Source: the human T2T-CHM13v2.0 reference genome, Homo sapiens. Taken from it: a stretch of 64,000 nt of DNA. The stretch lies in the NCBI RefSeq assembly GCF_009914755.1, contig NC_060939.1, one strand, 5' to 3'. A program made the translations under genes and the position numbers. Shown here piece after piece: positions 28,341-47,299 of this stretch. The notes beneath the pieces were generated by a model. The model saw only the letters and a program-made list of their open reading frames with translations. It did not search any database and had not been told where the DNA came from. How positions within the stretch are numbered: the first letter of the stretch is position 1; the number at the start of each line of letters is the position of its first letter.

Positions 28341-28904
28341 GTAAGTCTGCAGGTGGTGAGGAGGATTTCTGGTACCTGCTCATATCCTTTGAGACAAGCT
28401 CTCTGGGCTGACCTAAAGGAATGTGAGGTGCTACACCCCGTCAAAGGTATCACACTTGGGGAGGCTAGGGAAGGAGATTGTACCTTTAAGACTAGGGGCT
28501 GGGGAAGGAAGAGGACTTCCTTAAGGACAGATTAAGGTGTCTCTGAGGACACATGCTGAGTATAGAGAAAGGATGGCAATTAGCAACTTGATTCTCTTGA
28601 ACAGGGGACACTTCCGCATGTGTTTTTGTGGTGGGAGAGAGGATCAGGGGTATGTGTCTTAGGACTGGCACAGAGAGGTTTCAAGGGGGAAGGCCCAAGT
28701 TCATCTGTCTTTTTTAGGCAACTGGAGCCTGTTCTAGGATTTTGCCATGCTTGAGCTTATGAGGGGAAGGGGATGTGGAGGATGGAGGATGGGAGGGTAA
28801 GGTGGGAAGGACCTTAGTGGGAAAAGATAATCTGTAGTTATCTGTTGCAGAGAAATGCCTTCCTGAAAACTAGGCTGGAATGTATTATAAACTGCCTCTG
28901 CTTG

Positions 28905-30288
<1,384 letters not shown>

Positions 30289-31062
30289 TCAGCTGGAACT
30301 GTGACAATGAAGGACTTCATTGTCCTTTCCTTAGCACCTAGCTCAGTGCCTTGTTCCTAGTGAGCCCTAAATTTCTGATATTAGGAGCTCCAAGTAGAAG
30401 GACCACAGATAGTCTGCATCGCCAAACATGTCCAGCAGTTACTTAAAGATCTGGAAACTTCTCTCCCCACACCGCCCTCCCCTCACTCATTTCCTTGTCC
30501 TTATCTAATCCTCTCTAATTATTCCTGGCTGTTATACAACAACATTTCTGGGAACCAAACATCCAATCCCCGTATCCTCTCCTGGGAACAGTACTTCTGT
30601 GAGTGGTGGCAGAGGCCACAGAGCAGCTGGGAGAAAGCAGGGTTCAGGTGGTTTGAATCTTTTGTTTGGAATAGGTGAGCATAGGAGATGTACATGTAAT
30701 GCTGGGTGGAATGTGTTATGGGATATCTGAACTTCGTGGGTCCTAGAGTCACTGCTCCTGCTTATAGATTGAATCTTTCTTCTGTTGTTTTAGGTTAAGA
30801 GAGATTTATAAGAAGCAACAGGAAAAGGAAAAGGAGGAGGGAATAAGCCAATAATATTTTTGAAAGTGCCTCCTTCTCAAAGGCCTTGTGGATGCCTCGA
30901 GATGGGCTGGAACTTATCGTGGACTAGTTCCCTTACTGCACTGAGCCTGCTGTGGGCTGTTTTCTCTGCAGATCAGGTGTCAACCCAATTCTGTATCTTA
31001 GTAAACAGCCTATGGAGAGGCTGGAGAGGTCTGCCAGGAATTTTCTTAGAGAAGCACTTAGG

Positions 31063-33145
<2,083 letters not shown>

Positions 33146-35171
33146 GTAAGTGGGGAGACCGGAGATTAATTATTCTAGGGCTTTTAAATAAGGAGGACTT
33201 TGGGGTGAACATAGTAGTTTAGGCTATTTAGGACTACTTGAGGGAAGGTCATGAGGGCAAGGGAGATGCTCTGAGAATGAAAAACATATTAATAATAATA
33301 ATCAGCCTCTTAACCCACTTCCTAGTTTATAACAACCTTTCAGGTGTCTTATCTTAAGTGATCCTCACCACACTGTGAGTTCAGGCAAGCCTTCCTCTGG
33401 TAATCTTCATTTACAGATAAGAAGACTGAAACCAAGGACCAGTGATTGGAACTTAGGTCTCTCACTCTAAGTGCCAGGGTCCTCCCCCCGTTCTATTTTA
33501 CTACCTTTTGACATTGAGTCAGAACTATCCAAACTAGCCAGGATGAGTGCTGGACCCTAACTCAGGGCCCTGGGTGGCAGGGGGAACAGTGTGGGGCCAG
33601 GCAAAGGACTTTGTGTGTGCTGCTCCCTCTGCTCCCTCCACTCATTTTATTCAGGAGAATTCACTTTGAAATAGGGTGGTGGGTAGAGCTTGCTTAGTGG
33701 TCAAGGGCATGGCTCTACCACTCACTAGATTTGTGATCCTGGGCAGGACATTTAACATCTTTGCCCTCAGTTTTCTCAGTTAAAAAGGGGGATAACTATA
33801 CCTAATTCACAGAGTTGCTGAGGAGATTAAATGGGTTAATATATGTGAAGTCCTTGGCGCAGAGAATGTTTCATTAAATGTCAACTGTTTTATTATTATC
33901 CTAAAAAGGCCATCTAGAAGAGGAAAAGAACTCGCAAAAGGTCAAAACGTCCTTGCTTAAGAGCGAGTGTGTGTTTAGTCAAGGAGCCCAGGGTCCTAGG
34001 CTGTTTTGTTTACAAAACAGTCATTCCTCAGCTGGGGAACAGTCTTCCCTTCCCACCCAGACCCACTGTCCCTCTCAACTGCCCTGTGCCCTCAGCATTT
34101 TGTGTAAGCCGCTATATAACACATACCACATTTTATTGCTTTAAACAAATGTACATGGTGCTCTTCCAGTGGCTGAACTCCTAAAGGAATCCCTCTACCC
34201 CGAACTTGGAGCAAATGAATCAAGATGTTCCCCCAAAGTCCTAGATGTACAGCGTCTTCAGGCTCCCTGCTTTCTCAAGGCAGATCTGAGTTCGCTCTTG
34301 GAGCCTAGCAGGCTAAATTTCAAAATCTTGAACCAGTGTGGGCTCTCAAGGTTTGCATGGGATCCATTTGCTTTGGGTCCTGGTCTGCTTGTGCTTCACA
34401 CTCAGGGGCTCTGGGCAGGGTCTTCCACAAGAGGCAGTCCAGACCACTGCAACATGGGAAGCTCCTAAAATGCTCAGTTGTGGGATCCTGGGGAGCTGCA
34501 AGTTGATTATAACGAGCTTCCCCAAGCGATTCTGATGCCCAATAATGTCTGAGGACTCCAAGGGAGTCAGAGAGATAAAAATGAAGCCCTTGCTTTAGGC
34601 TGGGCTCTTGATTTCTTCTGGATTAGGAAGGGCTCAAGAGCCCTCTAGAAGTGGGGGTCTAGTACTGGCATTTAACTGTCTGTGGGGAATATCTGGAAAC
34701 AAAGACTGAAAAACCAATAAATAAAAACACCACATGACCTTTAATTAGAGATTCCTTTGGGTTAGCAAATGCCTTTAAAGAAAAAATGCAAGAGCCTTTG
34801 GACAAGGTTAAACATACTTTATAGCAAATCCCATTCATTTAATAACGCGAGTCCTCCCTTTCTAATAATTAATTGAGGATGGCACTGTGATAATTAGGGG
34901 TGGTAGTTGCCATTGATTTTAAAAGGTGGGGAGAAGAATTGTCTGTTTGATTTTATATTAGTTGTAAAGTTCAACAGGAAGAGGGGCGAGTATGGTAGAT
35001 GAATGGATGGGAGGTTGAGCGTCTGTAAGTCTAATCAGAAGTGGGACACGACAGGCCCTAAGGGGCACAATAGATTTGATGAGGGGCAGGGGATGTGTTA
35101 TTGATGTAGGTGTCAGGGCAGGTGGATGGGAGCACACTTTTAGAATGTGACTGACTCAATGGGGGTTTTAG

Positions 35172-35300
35172 CCCAGTGCTTCGTTCCCTGGCCCGGCTGA
35201 AGCCCACTATGACCCTGGAGGAGGGACTGCCATTGGCTGTGCAGGAGTGGGAGCACACCAGCAACTTTGACCGGATGATCTTTTATGAGATGGCAGAAAG
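35172..35300 (+). CDS. NUTM1: NUTM1 exon 4
   Basis: ttttAG|CCCAGTG...GAAAG|gtgagt, 129 nt; [19 protein letters not shown]...FYEMAER. Confidence 0.95.
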
Positions 35301-35402
35301 GTGAGTTCGATGAACCTTCATTCTCCTGAGGGAGGCTGTGTGGCTGAGAGCAGTAAGGGCCGCAGAGAGGCTTGTGTGGGGGTGATTATCAAAAGCCATG
35401 TT

Positions 35403-37980
<2,578 letters not shown>

Positions 37981-38194
37981 TGACTATAGGGGAAGGAACT
38001 ATGTGCTGAGCTCCTGAAGTTTCCCTGGAAATACGATTAAGCCACCTGTGACCACCCTCCTGGGTGACATGACTTAGGCAGACTTTGCCCACCTGAGAGC
38101 ACTTCCTTTCTTGGCCATGCTTGGCTGTCGTCTGGATTTCTGATGGGTCTGGTCTCCTTCTCAGCATTGCCTATGCCTTTCTCACCCTCTGCAG

Positions 38195-38331
38195 GTTCAT
38201 GGAGTTTGAGGCTGAGGAGATGCAGATTCAGAACACACAGCTGATGAATGGGTCTCAGGGCCTGTCTCCTGCAACCCCTTTGAAACTTGATCCTCTAGGG
38301 CCCCTGGCCTCTGAGGTTTGCCAGCAGCCAG
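38195..38331 (+). CDS. NUTM1: NUTM1 exon 5
   Basis: ctgcAG|GTTCATGGAG...CCAG|gtgagg, 137 nt; FMEFEAEEMQIQ...EVCQQP. Confidence 0.95.
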
Positions 38332-38771
38332 GTGAGGCTACCCAATTTTGACAGGAGCCGTGGGCCAAAGGCTCAAAGGGATGCATACAGAAGCCAGTCA
38401 CAGATTAGAGAAGGCATAGCCCAGGCTCTGCCACTTTCCCTCTGGAGAGTGGCATTTGATATTCCAAACAGACCACCCCATAGGAGGCTGGGTTCTCAGG
38501 TTCCTTTTGCCCTGAACTAGGTATTGATCTTGGTGAAGTAAACTGACTACTCTCACCGAGACTCTAAATTCAGCACATAATACCTCACCTGCCTAAGAAA
38601 TGGGGACTGGATTAGGGGGTTTCTTGGAATCTCAGGGATTCCAAAATTCCTCATACAGTGATTCTTAGACCCTCTAGGTCCTAAATCTCCCATGGCTGGC
38701 GCTTTTTCAGGTTGGCCCAATCCAGCCTGGAACCATTTCAATGTACCCAGATTGCTGAGCTTACAGAGCTG

Positions 38772-38917
38772 GGAGGCAGAAGCTGTGGTTTCTGTGCTAC
38801 TTCCCATTCTCCTGTCCATCTCTTACCTTAGTGTACATTCCGAAGGAGGCAGAATCTGTGGTTTCTGTGCTACTTCCCATTCTCCTGTCCATCTCTTCCC
38901 TTAGTGTACATTCCGAA
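38772..38917 (+). repeat. 73-bp tandem duplication spanning the NUTM1 exon 6 acceptor
   Basis: Copies at 38772-38844 and 38845-38917 differ at 2 positions that I can see. Confidence 0.96.
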
Positions 38918-39191
38918 GAAGGCAGCCTCCAAGACACGGGCCCCCCGCCGGCGTCAGCGTAAAGCCCAGAGACCTCCTGCTCCTGAGGCACCCAAGGAGA
39001 TCCCACCAGAAGCTGTGAAGGAGTATGTTGACATCATGGAATGGCTGGTGGGGACTCACTTGGCCACTGGGGAGTCAGATGGAAAACAAGAGGAAGAAGG
39101 GCAGCAGCAGGAGGAGGAAGGGATGTATCCAGATCCAGGTCTCCTGAGCTACATCAATGAGCTGTGTTCTCAGAAGGTCTTTGTCTCCAAG
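38905..39191 (+). CDS. NUTM1: NUTM1 exon 6
   Basis: cttAG|TGTACATTCCG...CCAAG|gtgagc, 287 nt; YIPKKAASK...[13 protein letters not shown]...[11 protein letters not shown]. Confidence 0.95.
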
Positions 39192-39479
39192 GTGAGCTGG
39201 GCCTGCACATCTTGTTTCTAGCAGATCCTTGGGGTGGGTACTCCCGGGAACTAATGATCTGGGGTTTGTCCAATGCAGTAGGACTTAGGTTTTATTCTAT
39301 AACTGAGTAATGTGTGTGCATGCATCATCATGAGAATGTGTGTAGCCGGTGGTGGTCAGTTTACAATACCGGAGGGGTAAGAGGGGAGAGTTGGGGAGCT
39401 CTTAGTTTCTTCTGTAAAGCCCCTTGTTTCACAGGTTACCTGCTTACAGACTTACATCGCTTTTCCTTCTGTTATCCAG

Positions 39480-39596
39480 GTGGAGGCTGTCATTCACCCT
39501 CAATTTCTGGCAGATCTGCTGTCCCCAGAAAAACAGAGAGATCCCTTGGCCTTAATTGAGGAGCTAGAGCAAGAAGAAGGACTCACTCTTGCCCAG
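39480..39596 (+). CDS. NUTM1: NUTM1 exon 7
   Basis: ccAG|GTGGAGGCT...GCCCAG|gtaaaa, 117 nt; [17 protein letters not shown]... Confidence 0.95.
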
Positions 39597-39946
39597 GTAA
39601 AACTGGGGTATAGGAAATATGAGAACGAGAAGCTTGCAAGATTTTATCTAACCCTACACTGTCGTGGGTGATATGGCTCTAGAGATGAACAGCTTCAGGA
39701 TTGGGCTTCAGGTGCAGAACGAGTAGGTAGAGGGCTATGGAAACACAGGAAATGAGAATGTAAGGGCTCAAAGCATGGGAATAAGGCACAAGAAGGTGGG
39801 AAAGAGCTGCAGTATCTGTCTTTGCTACCATCGCTTAAACTACTTGCTTGCCTTCCTTGCCCTGCCCAAATACCGTCTTGTGCCACCCACTCAGCCACCT
39901 CTTTCACAACCACGTATAGAACTGACTATTTGTTCATTTCTTTCAG

Positions 39947-41950
39947 CTGGTCCAGAAGCGACTCATGGCCTTGGAAGAGGAGGAAGATGCAGAGGCGCCT
40001 CCAAGTTTCAGTGGCGCTCAGTTGGACTCAAGTCCTTCTGGTTCTGTTGAGGATGAAGATGGGGATGGGCGGCTTCGGCCCTCACCTGGGCTTCAGGGGG
40101 CTGGGGGCGCCGCTTGCCTTGGAAAGGTTTCTTCTTCAGGAAAACGGGCAAGAGAAGTGCATGGTGGGCAGGAGCAAGCCCTAGATAGCCCCAGAGGGAT
40201 GCACAGGGATGGGAACACTCTGCCATCCCCCAGCAGCTGGGACCTGCAGCCAGAACTTGCAGCTCCACAGGGAACTCCGGGACCCTTGGGTGTGGAGAGG
40301 AGAGGGTCTGGGAAGGTTATAAACCAGGTATCTCTACATCAGGATGGCCATCTAGGAGGCGCTGGGCCTCCTGGGCACTGCCTGGTGGCTGATAGGACTT
40401 CAGAGGCTCTGCCCCTTTGTTGGCAGGGAGGCTTCCAGCCTGAGAGCACTCCCAGTTTGGATGCTGGACTTGCAGAGCTGGCTCCTCTGCAAGGACAAGG
40501 GTTAGAAAAGCAAGTCCTGGGATTGCAGAAAGGACAACAAACAGGGGGTCGTGGAGTGCTTCCTCAAGGGAAGGAGCCTTTAGCAGTGCCCTGGGAAGGC
40601 TCTTCAGGAGCCATGTGGGGAGATGACAGAGGTACCCCCATGGCTCAGAGTTATGATCAGAATCCTTCCCCTAGAGCAGCTGGGGAGAGGGACGATGTCT
40701 GTCTCAGCCCAGGAGTTTGGCTGAGCAGTGAGATGGATGCTGTAGGCTTGGAGCTGCCTGTACAAATAGAGGAGGTCATAGAGAGCTTCCAAGTTGAGAA
40801 GTGTGTAACTGAGTATCAGGAAGGCTGCCAGGGACTGGGCTCCAGGGGCAACATTTCCCTGGGTCCTGGAGAAACCCTAGTACCTGGGGATACGGAGAGC
40901 AGTGTGATTCCCTGTGGAGGCACAGTTGCGGCAGCTGCCCTAGAAAAGAGAAACTATTGCAGCTTGCCAGGACCTTTGAGGGCCAACAGCCCACCCTTGA
41001 GGTCCAAAGAAAATCAAGAACAGAGCTGTGAAACCGTAGGGCATCCCAGTGATCTGTGGGCAGAAGGTTGCTTCCCATTGCTAGAAAGTGGTGATTCCAC
41101 ACTGGGGTCTTCCAAAGAAACCCTTCCACCCACATGCCAAGGCAATCTCCTTATCATGGGGACTGAGGATGCCTCCTCCTTGCCTGAAGCCAGTCAAGAG
41201 GCAGGGAGCAGAGGCAATTCCTTTTCTCCTCTGTTGGAAACCATAGAACCTGTCAACATACTAGATGTTAAAGATGACTGTGGCCTCCAACTAAGGGTCA
41301 GCGAGGACACCTGCCCACTGAATGTTCATTCTTATGACCCCCAAGGAGAAGGCAGGGTGGATCCTGATCTGTCCAAGCCTAAAAACCTTGCTCCTTTACA
41401 AGAGAGTCAGGAGTCTTACACAACTGGGACTCCCAAAGCAACATCTTCTCACCAGGGCCTTGGAAGCACTTTGCCTAGAAGGGGAACCAGGAATGCCATA
41501 GTTCCGAGAGAAACTTCTGTTAGTAAAACACACAGGTCAGCAGACAGGGCCAAAGGAAAGGAGAAAAAGAAAAAGGAAGCAGAGGAAGAGGATGAGGAAC
41601 TCTCCAACTTTGCTTACCTCTTGGCCTCTAAACTTAGCCTCTCACCAAGGGAGCATCCCCTCAGTCCTCACCATGCCTCAGGAGGTCAGGGCAGCCAGAG
41701 AGCATCCCACCTGCTCCCTGCTGGAGCAAAAGGCCCCAGCAAACTTCCATATCCTGTTGCCAAGTCTGGGAAGCGAGCTCTAGCTGGAGGTCCAGCCCCT
41801 ACTGAAAAGACACCCCACTCAGGAGCTCAACTTGGGGTCCCCAGGGAGAAACCCCTAGCTCTGGGAGTAGTTCGACCCTCACAGCCTCGTAAAAGGCGGT
41901 GTGACAGTTTTGTCACGGGCAGAAGGAAGAAACGACGTCGTAGCCAGTAG
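39947..41950 (+). CDS. NUTM1: NUTM1 exon 8 (long terminal coding exon)
   Basis: tttcAG|CTGGTCCAG; ends with the basic stretch RRKKRRRSQ-stop. Exon lengths sum to 3483 nt = 1160 aa plus stop. Confidence 0.97.
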   Translation: MVQKRLMALEEEEDAEAPPSFSGAQLDSSPSGSVEDEDGDGRLRPSPGLQGAGGAACLGKVSSSGKRAREVHGGQEQALDSPRGMHRDGNTLPSPSSWDLQPELAAPQGTPGPLGVERRGSGKVINQVSLHQDGHLGGAGPPGHCLVADRTSEALPLCWQGGFQPESTPSLDAGLAELAPLQGQGLEKQVLGLQKGQQTGGRGVLPQGKEPLAVPWEGSSGAMWGDDRGTPMAQSYDQNPSPRAAGERDDVCLSPGVWLSSEMDAVGLELPVQIEEVIESFQVEKCVTEYQEGCQGLGSRGNISLGPGETLVPGDTESSVIPCGGTVAAAALEKRNYCSLPGPLRANSPPLRSKENQEQSCETVGHPSDLWAEGCFPLLESGDSTLGSSKETLPPTCQGNLLIMGTEDASSLPEASQEAGSRGNSFSPLLETIEPVNILDVKDDCGLQLRVSEDTCPLNVHSYDPQGEGRVDPDLSKPKNLAPLQESQESYTTGTPKATSSHQGLGSTLPRRGTRNAIVPRETSVSKTHRSADRAKGKEKKKKEAEEEDEELSNFAYLLASKLSLSPREHPLSPHHASGGQGSQRASHLLPAGAKGPSKLPYPVAKSGKRALAGGPAPTEKTPHSGAQLGVPREKPLALGVVRPSQPRKRRCDSFVTGRRKKRRRSQ

Positions 41951-42169
41951 GGAGCAGCGGGACCATCTGACCCCACTTGCCAGTCCCTAAAGGTGGGTGC
42001 CCCAGAGTAGATTCCACCCCTGCTGCCCACCAATGGAGAATCCCAATGTTGAATCTCATCCCAATGTTGTTTTGTTGTTCTGCAAAAGTGGCAAGCATGG
42101 AGAGAGAGGTCAGACTGGCTAGGCTGCAGGGGGAATTACCTTTGGAAGGAGCTATATAGAAAAAAAATG

Positions 42170-42175
42170 AATAAA
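42170..42175 (+). terminator. NUTM1: NUTM1 polyadenylation signal
   Basis: AATAAA 220 nt after the stop codon, followed by GT-rich sequence. Confidence 0.8.
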
Positions 42176-42547
42176 GTGTTTTGTTGGAAAATGCTCTCAG
42201 AGTGCCCTTTTTCTGTACTCGTGTCTTTGCTGCTAGATAGGGTTAAGATGCTATGAAGAAAGGCTGTAGGGGTAGTCTTAGATTCTACAAATCCATAAAT
42301 CTTGTCTCCAGCCTTATCTTGGCTCCCTGCAGCCTCCTCCTGGCAACAGACTGGCTCTCAGGCTGTGATAAGTCTCCAAACTGAGGAATCTCCAATGATC
42401 ACATTATACATCCCCTCTTCACAAGCCTGGACTTGGTGTCAGGAAGGCTTATCTGGGCATCTTATAATTATCTGCCTCCCTTGAAGTCTATAGATAGAAA
42501 GATGCTTTTCTACCTGTTAGATCTCTGAGATAGAGATCTAATTTTCT

Positions 42548-42855
<308 letters not shown>

Positions 42856-43585
42856 AATTTTCTAATTGTCCATAATTGTGTCTCTAGGGGGCCTTGTTTT
42901 CTTCCTTGAAAAGAGGCTGAACAGAAAGGACTTCAGTGTCCTTACTCATCTTGTGTCAGAGAAACCCTCCTGTGTAGCTGGTCTGACCTGCAGGGAGGAG
43001 GCCGGTTCCTTACTGACACAGCTCCTTGCTTCCACTAGGGGCGATGGAATCAAGTCTCAGTAGGATTATTAAATATGGAATGGTAGCAAGCTATTTTTTA
43101 ATCTTTAATGAGGACAGAGCAAGAGGGAATGGGCTGAAAAGAGGTTCACGAGGAAGTCTGTTAAAATGTACATATAGGAGATGACAGCAGGAGGGAGGAT
43201 ATGGAACCTCAGTATGATTTCTGTGCAGGAAAGAGCCCTGTCCAAAGAGGAAGATTCATCCAGCTATGGCCAAGAGGACGAACCTTGGAAACATTTGTGA
43301 TTTTCCAACGGGCGTCCTACAACCATTCATCCCTTTCCTTCCCAAGTAATGGTAACATCAATATGACTGGACTTCATTTTTTTTAATAGATATAGATATA
43401 GATTTATATTTATATATAAAATAGTTTTTTACAAAAAAATCAACCAAACAAAAAATTAAAATCAACTTAAAAAAACAACAACCAAACAACAATAACAAAA
43501 TTCAAACAGGAGCAGAGATGGGGCTGAGGCATAGGGGAGGCCCCTAGCGCTGCCCTGAGGAGGAGGGGGTGAGAGGCTGAGGCAC

Positions 43586-43761
43586 TCAGTCTCCCTTCTG
43601 CTTGGGTGCTTGCACAGTCCCATTGGCCAGAGCAGTGGGGTTGCCTGGGGATGAGGCATTTGGTGTCTGGGAGGTGCCTCGAGAGGTGTGTGGGGGGCGC
43701 AGGTAGGTGCTGAAGAGTTTCCCATAGAGTGGGTCATGGAGGGAGAAGTTCTGGAACTGAC
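43586..43761 (-). CDS. LPCAT4: Lysophospholipid acyltransferase LPCAT4 exon 14 (last)
   Basis: QFQNFSLHDPLYGKLFSTYLR...QKGD-stop. The 14 exons sum to 1575 nt = 524 aa plus stop. Confidence 0.95.
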
Positions 43762-44047
43762 CTGGACAAATAAGAGATGGGGAAAAGTGAAAAGATCTAA
43801 GAACGAGAAGAGAATCTCCCTGCTTTTTTCTCAGAACTAAAACACCTTGTGCCTCTACTCTGTTTAACTTCTCAAATCCAGGTTCAGGTCCTCTCTTCCT
43901 TTCTAGCCTGTTCCTCCCAGCCTTACTTCTCATAGGTTCTGATCTCCAGCACTGGCCACTAACCCTTGTTCCCTCCCAGCCCAGTGCTTTCCTGGATGCT
44001 GATGGTGCCCCAAGTGCCCGTGTGGGGCTGAGAAGGCAGTGACTCAC

Positions 44048-44204
44048 AGAGGGAGAGGCCTTGGCTGGATCCTGCCTGGCACAGCTCAGCATGCAAAGCT
44101 GTGGCAGCAGGGTGGGGTGAACCCAGCAGCAGGTGCAGGATGGTGCTGAAGCCGTCTTTGTACAGCAGGCGGTTGGGACCCTCTGCTTGCTCTTCAGCAA
44201 AGAG
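44048..44204 (-). CDS. LPCAT4: LPCAT4 exon 13
   Basis: LFAEEQAEGPNRLLYKDGFST..., 157 nt, AG/GTGAGT flanks. Confidence 0.93.
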
Positions 44205-44569
44205 CTTGGGAGAGAAAGGGATAAGAGTCAAGTTCTCTCCTCATGCCATGGCCTCACCCTGCCCCACAGACTGGCCTGACAGGCTCCTCCTCTTCCAAAA
44301 GGGTGGTGCACAAGCCTTCCCTGACCCTCCAGTGCCCTTTCTGCAGAACTGTAGACTTTATAGCTTTTTCCTTCTTCTTCCTTCTTCTTGTGCCCAGCTA
44401 GGTCTCAACATAGAGGCCGGGGGTCTGCAGTTTTAGGCACTGTGGCACTAGGTTGGATACCAAATGCCTAGTATCTAGAAGCTACTGGAAACAGCATACC
44501 AAAATAGGCCTCCTGGAGCGGGGTGAGCATAGCCACTAAGCACCCCCCACCACCGCCACCCCCCATTAC

Positions 44570-44668
44570 CTCAAAGGCCAGACGAGTTAGCTCTTCCAGG
44601 CTCCTGCCCCCATCCAGAGCTGCTAGTGCAAGGGCCACATCTCGGAAGTCCACCAAACCCTTGGTATC
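44570..44668 (-). CDS. LPCAT4: LPCAT4 exon 12
   Basis: DTKGLVDFRDVALALAALDGGRSLEELTRLAFE, 99 nt. Confidence 0.93.
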
Positions 44669-45858
44669 CTGGTGTGAAAAAGAAACCAGGGCAATGCGGG
44701 GACCCTGCGCCTCCCTTCCTGCTCTTTGGATTTTGACTCCTCCCTCTTCTCAGCAAATAATGGGGGTGATCCCTGTGACTGCTCCCCTCAGAACTGTGAG
44801 CTCCAAACTCTTTAGGATCCCTGGAATTTCTCTCAGGTCATAGGCTTTCTCAAGCTATATCAGGTCACCTGGTGACAAAGCCCTCCCATAAAGGGATCTC
44901 CTAGGAATGTAAGGGAATCCCTCAGGAATGCTGAAGCTACTATGAAGTCTCTGACATGCCAGCGGAGGGCAGTCCTGGTCCCCAGGCTAGACAAACTGGT
45001 TCTCTCTGACTCAGCCTATGTAGAAGAACTGGTCCAACAGATTGAAAGGGGGACACAGGCATAATTTCTTATGAAAAACACAAGGAGGATGCCTGCTGTA
45101 CCAGCTCCATGGGAGACCATGGCATTTGAATTTTTGTTTCTGCTCTGCTACAGGCCAAGTGGGGGAAGCTCTTTTCGGGGACAGTCCGCCTCAATCTAAG
45201 GAATCTAGATACCTGGTCACTCTGTCCCTTCAGAGGATGTTGAGGGTCACATTCTGCATCTCAGATCAAAAAGCTCCTTGGGACCACTGTTGGTTGTTCA
45301 TAAGCATTAAGAATCTTTTAGGATTTTTGGAAGTTGACCAGGGAACTTGGTTAAATCTTGAGAAATACATGGCTTGCTAAGAATCTTGAGAAAATTCCTC
45401 TAGAGAAGCTATAGGATATTTAAAATAATCTGCCCAAGTCCTACAGATATAGCTGGGTCTCAAGCTCTCAACCATCTAACTGTCCGGTGTTGTTTCTTCT
45501 ACATGTCATCTTCCCACGTAACCTTCATGACTCTCCTTCAAAGACCCTCACCCAGCACCCCAAAAGGTCTTATGATTCCCCACCTTCGCCACTCTCTAAA
45601 GTGGTTTCAGAAATTTATAGTCCTTACTGATTATTTCTCCCTTGTTCCTCCTCATGATGATAACATTGCTCTTCAATGCACTGGATGCCTGATTAAAAAA
45701 TGAATCTTCAGTGGATCTCAGGGGATGGCCATCTAACAACAGCTGTGAGAACATCCACTGAGGACTCCAAACTGTGAGTGACTGATACGGCCACTAGGAA
45801 CATGTCAGCCTGGAGGGAAGCCTGGGTTCTGCTCTGCTCTTTGTTCCAGCTCCTTTAC

Positions 45859-45991
45859 CTGCTGGAAGTAGCCAAAGGCACCAGCCACCGTCTGAGGATC
45901 AGAGAGCTGTAGCTGCCTGGCAAACTCTTCCTGGCTGATCATTCGACTCCGGCCTGGCTCTGCCCCAGCGTCCACATAGCCAGCGGACAGC
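45859..45991 (-). CDS. LPCAT4: LPCAT4 exon 11
   Basis: LSAGYVDAGAEPGRSRMISQEEFARQL...FQQ, 133 nt, phases fit. Confidence 0.92.
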
Positions 45992-46137
45992 CTACGATGG
46001 AATTGTTGAAGGCAGAGAGCTGTCTCAGTTTCCTTCTGGACACACCATCAGCAGGACTTCAGCCCCAGTACCAAGAGTTCTATCAGTACAGGTTTAGCTG
46101 CTGTTTTTCTAAGATGTACTGACTCACAGTCCCTTGA

Positions 46138-46557
<420 letters not shown>

Positions 46558-46658
46558 TAAGATTTTCCTTCTTCCTTCTCATTTCTCCCCTTCTTATTCT
46601 CTCTCTCTCTCTCTCTCTCTGTGACACTGCTCATACCCTCATTTCCAAGACCACTTAC

Positions 46659-46784
46659 CCAGCCTTCCGAAGCACTTTTCCCAGTTCCCAGAGCTGTGGT
46701 TCCAACGCCACCTTCAGCCGGCCCACCACAATCACAGGTAAGCTCCCTACAAACTCACATTCGGTGGCTGGAATGCCCAGAGCC
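46659..46784 (-). CDS. LPCAT4: LPCAT4 exon 10
   Basis: ALGIPATECEFVGSLPV...RKAG, 126 nt, GTAAGT donor. Confidence 0.92.
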
Positions 46785-47035
46785 CTACAGGATGAAGAGG
46801 GATGGGATGGAGGGTAAGGAAGCAGAAGAAACTTCTGAGGGTTGGTTCCTGACCCTGGCCCGCTGACTGGAGTAGATCAGGCCCCTTTAAATCTCCCTGC
46901 CTCTGTCTCAGCTGTTCAAGAGCCCTTCCCACTGCCTGCTCCTCGATCTTTGCCTGAAAACCTCGCCCCCTCCACGCCCTTGTGGTTCCTTTGCCCTGTG
47001 CAACTGCTCCAGGAAATAGTTTGTGGGGCACTCAC

Positions 47036-47118
47036 TGTGCCATGACCCTCTGAACATTGTTGGCATAGAGGGTGGGGTCCCTGCTCTCCTCAGGGCTGGG
47101 GTGATACACAGGAAGGAA
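47036..47118 (-). CDS. LPCAT4: LPCAT4 exon 9
   Basis: [28 protein letters not shown], 83 nt. Confidence 0.93.
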
Positions 47119-47244
47119 CTGAAACACAGACACACACAATTCTTATCAGAACCTCAAAGTGAGGTATGACCACTCCCACCCTCTTTTCCCAAGGTTTCAG
47201 GAGTCTGAGATGTACTTCTCCCACCGCCCCCACGGGAGCCATAC

Positions 47245-47299
47245 CTCCACATCCACAATGCTGCAGGGCTGAGAGGCTGTGAGCCAGAGGACTTTGAGT
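47245..47299 (-). CDS. LPCAT4: LPCAT4 exon 8
   Basis: LKVLWLTASQPCSIVDVE, 55 nt. Confidence 0.9.

Noticed and set aside
43586-44200. 204-aa ORF spanning LPCAT4 exons 13-14
   Set aside because: Only its last part is true exon 14; the rest is an off-frame exon 13 plus intron read-through.
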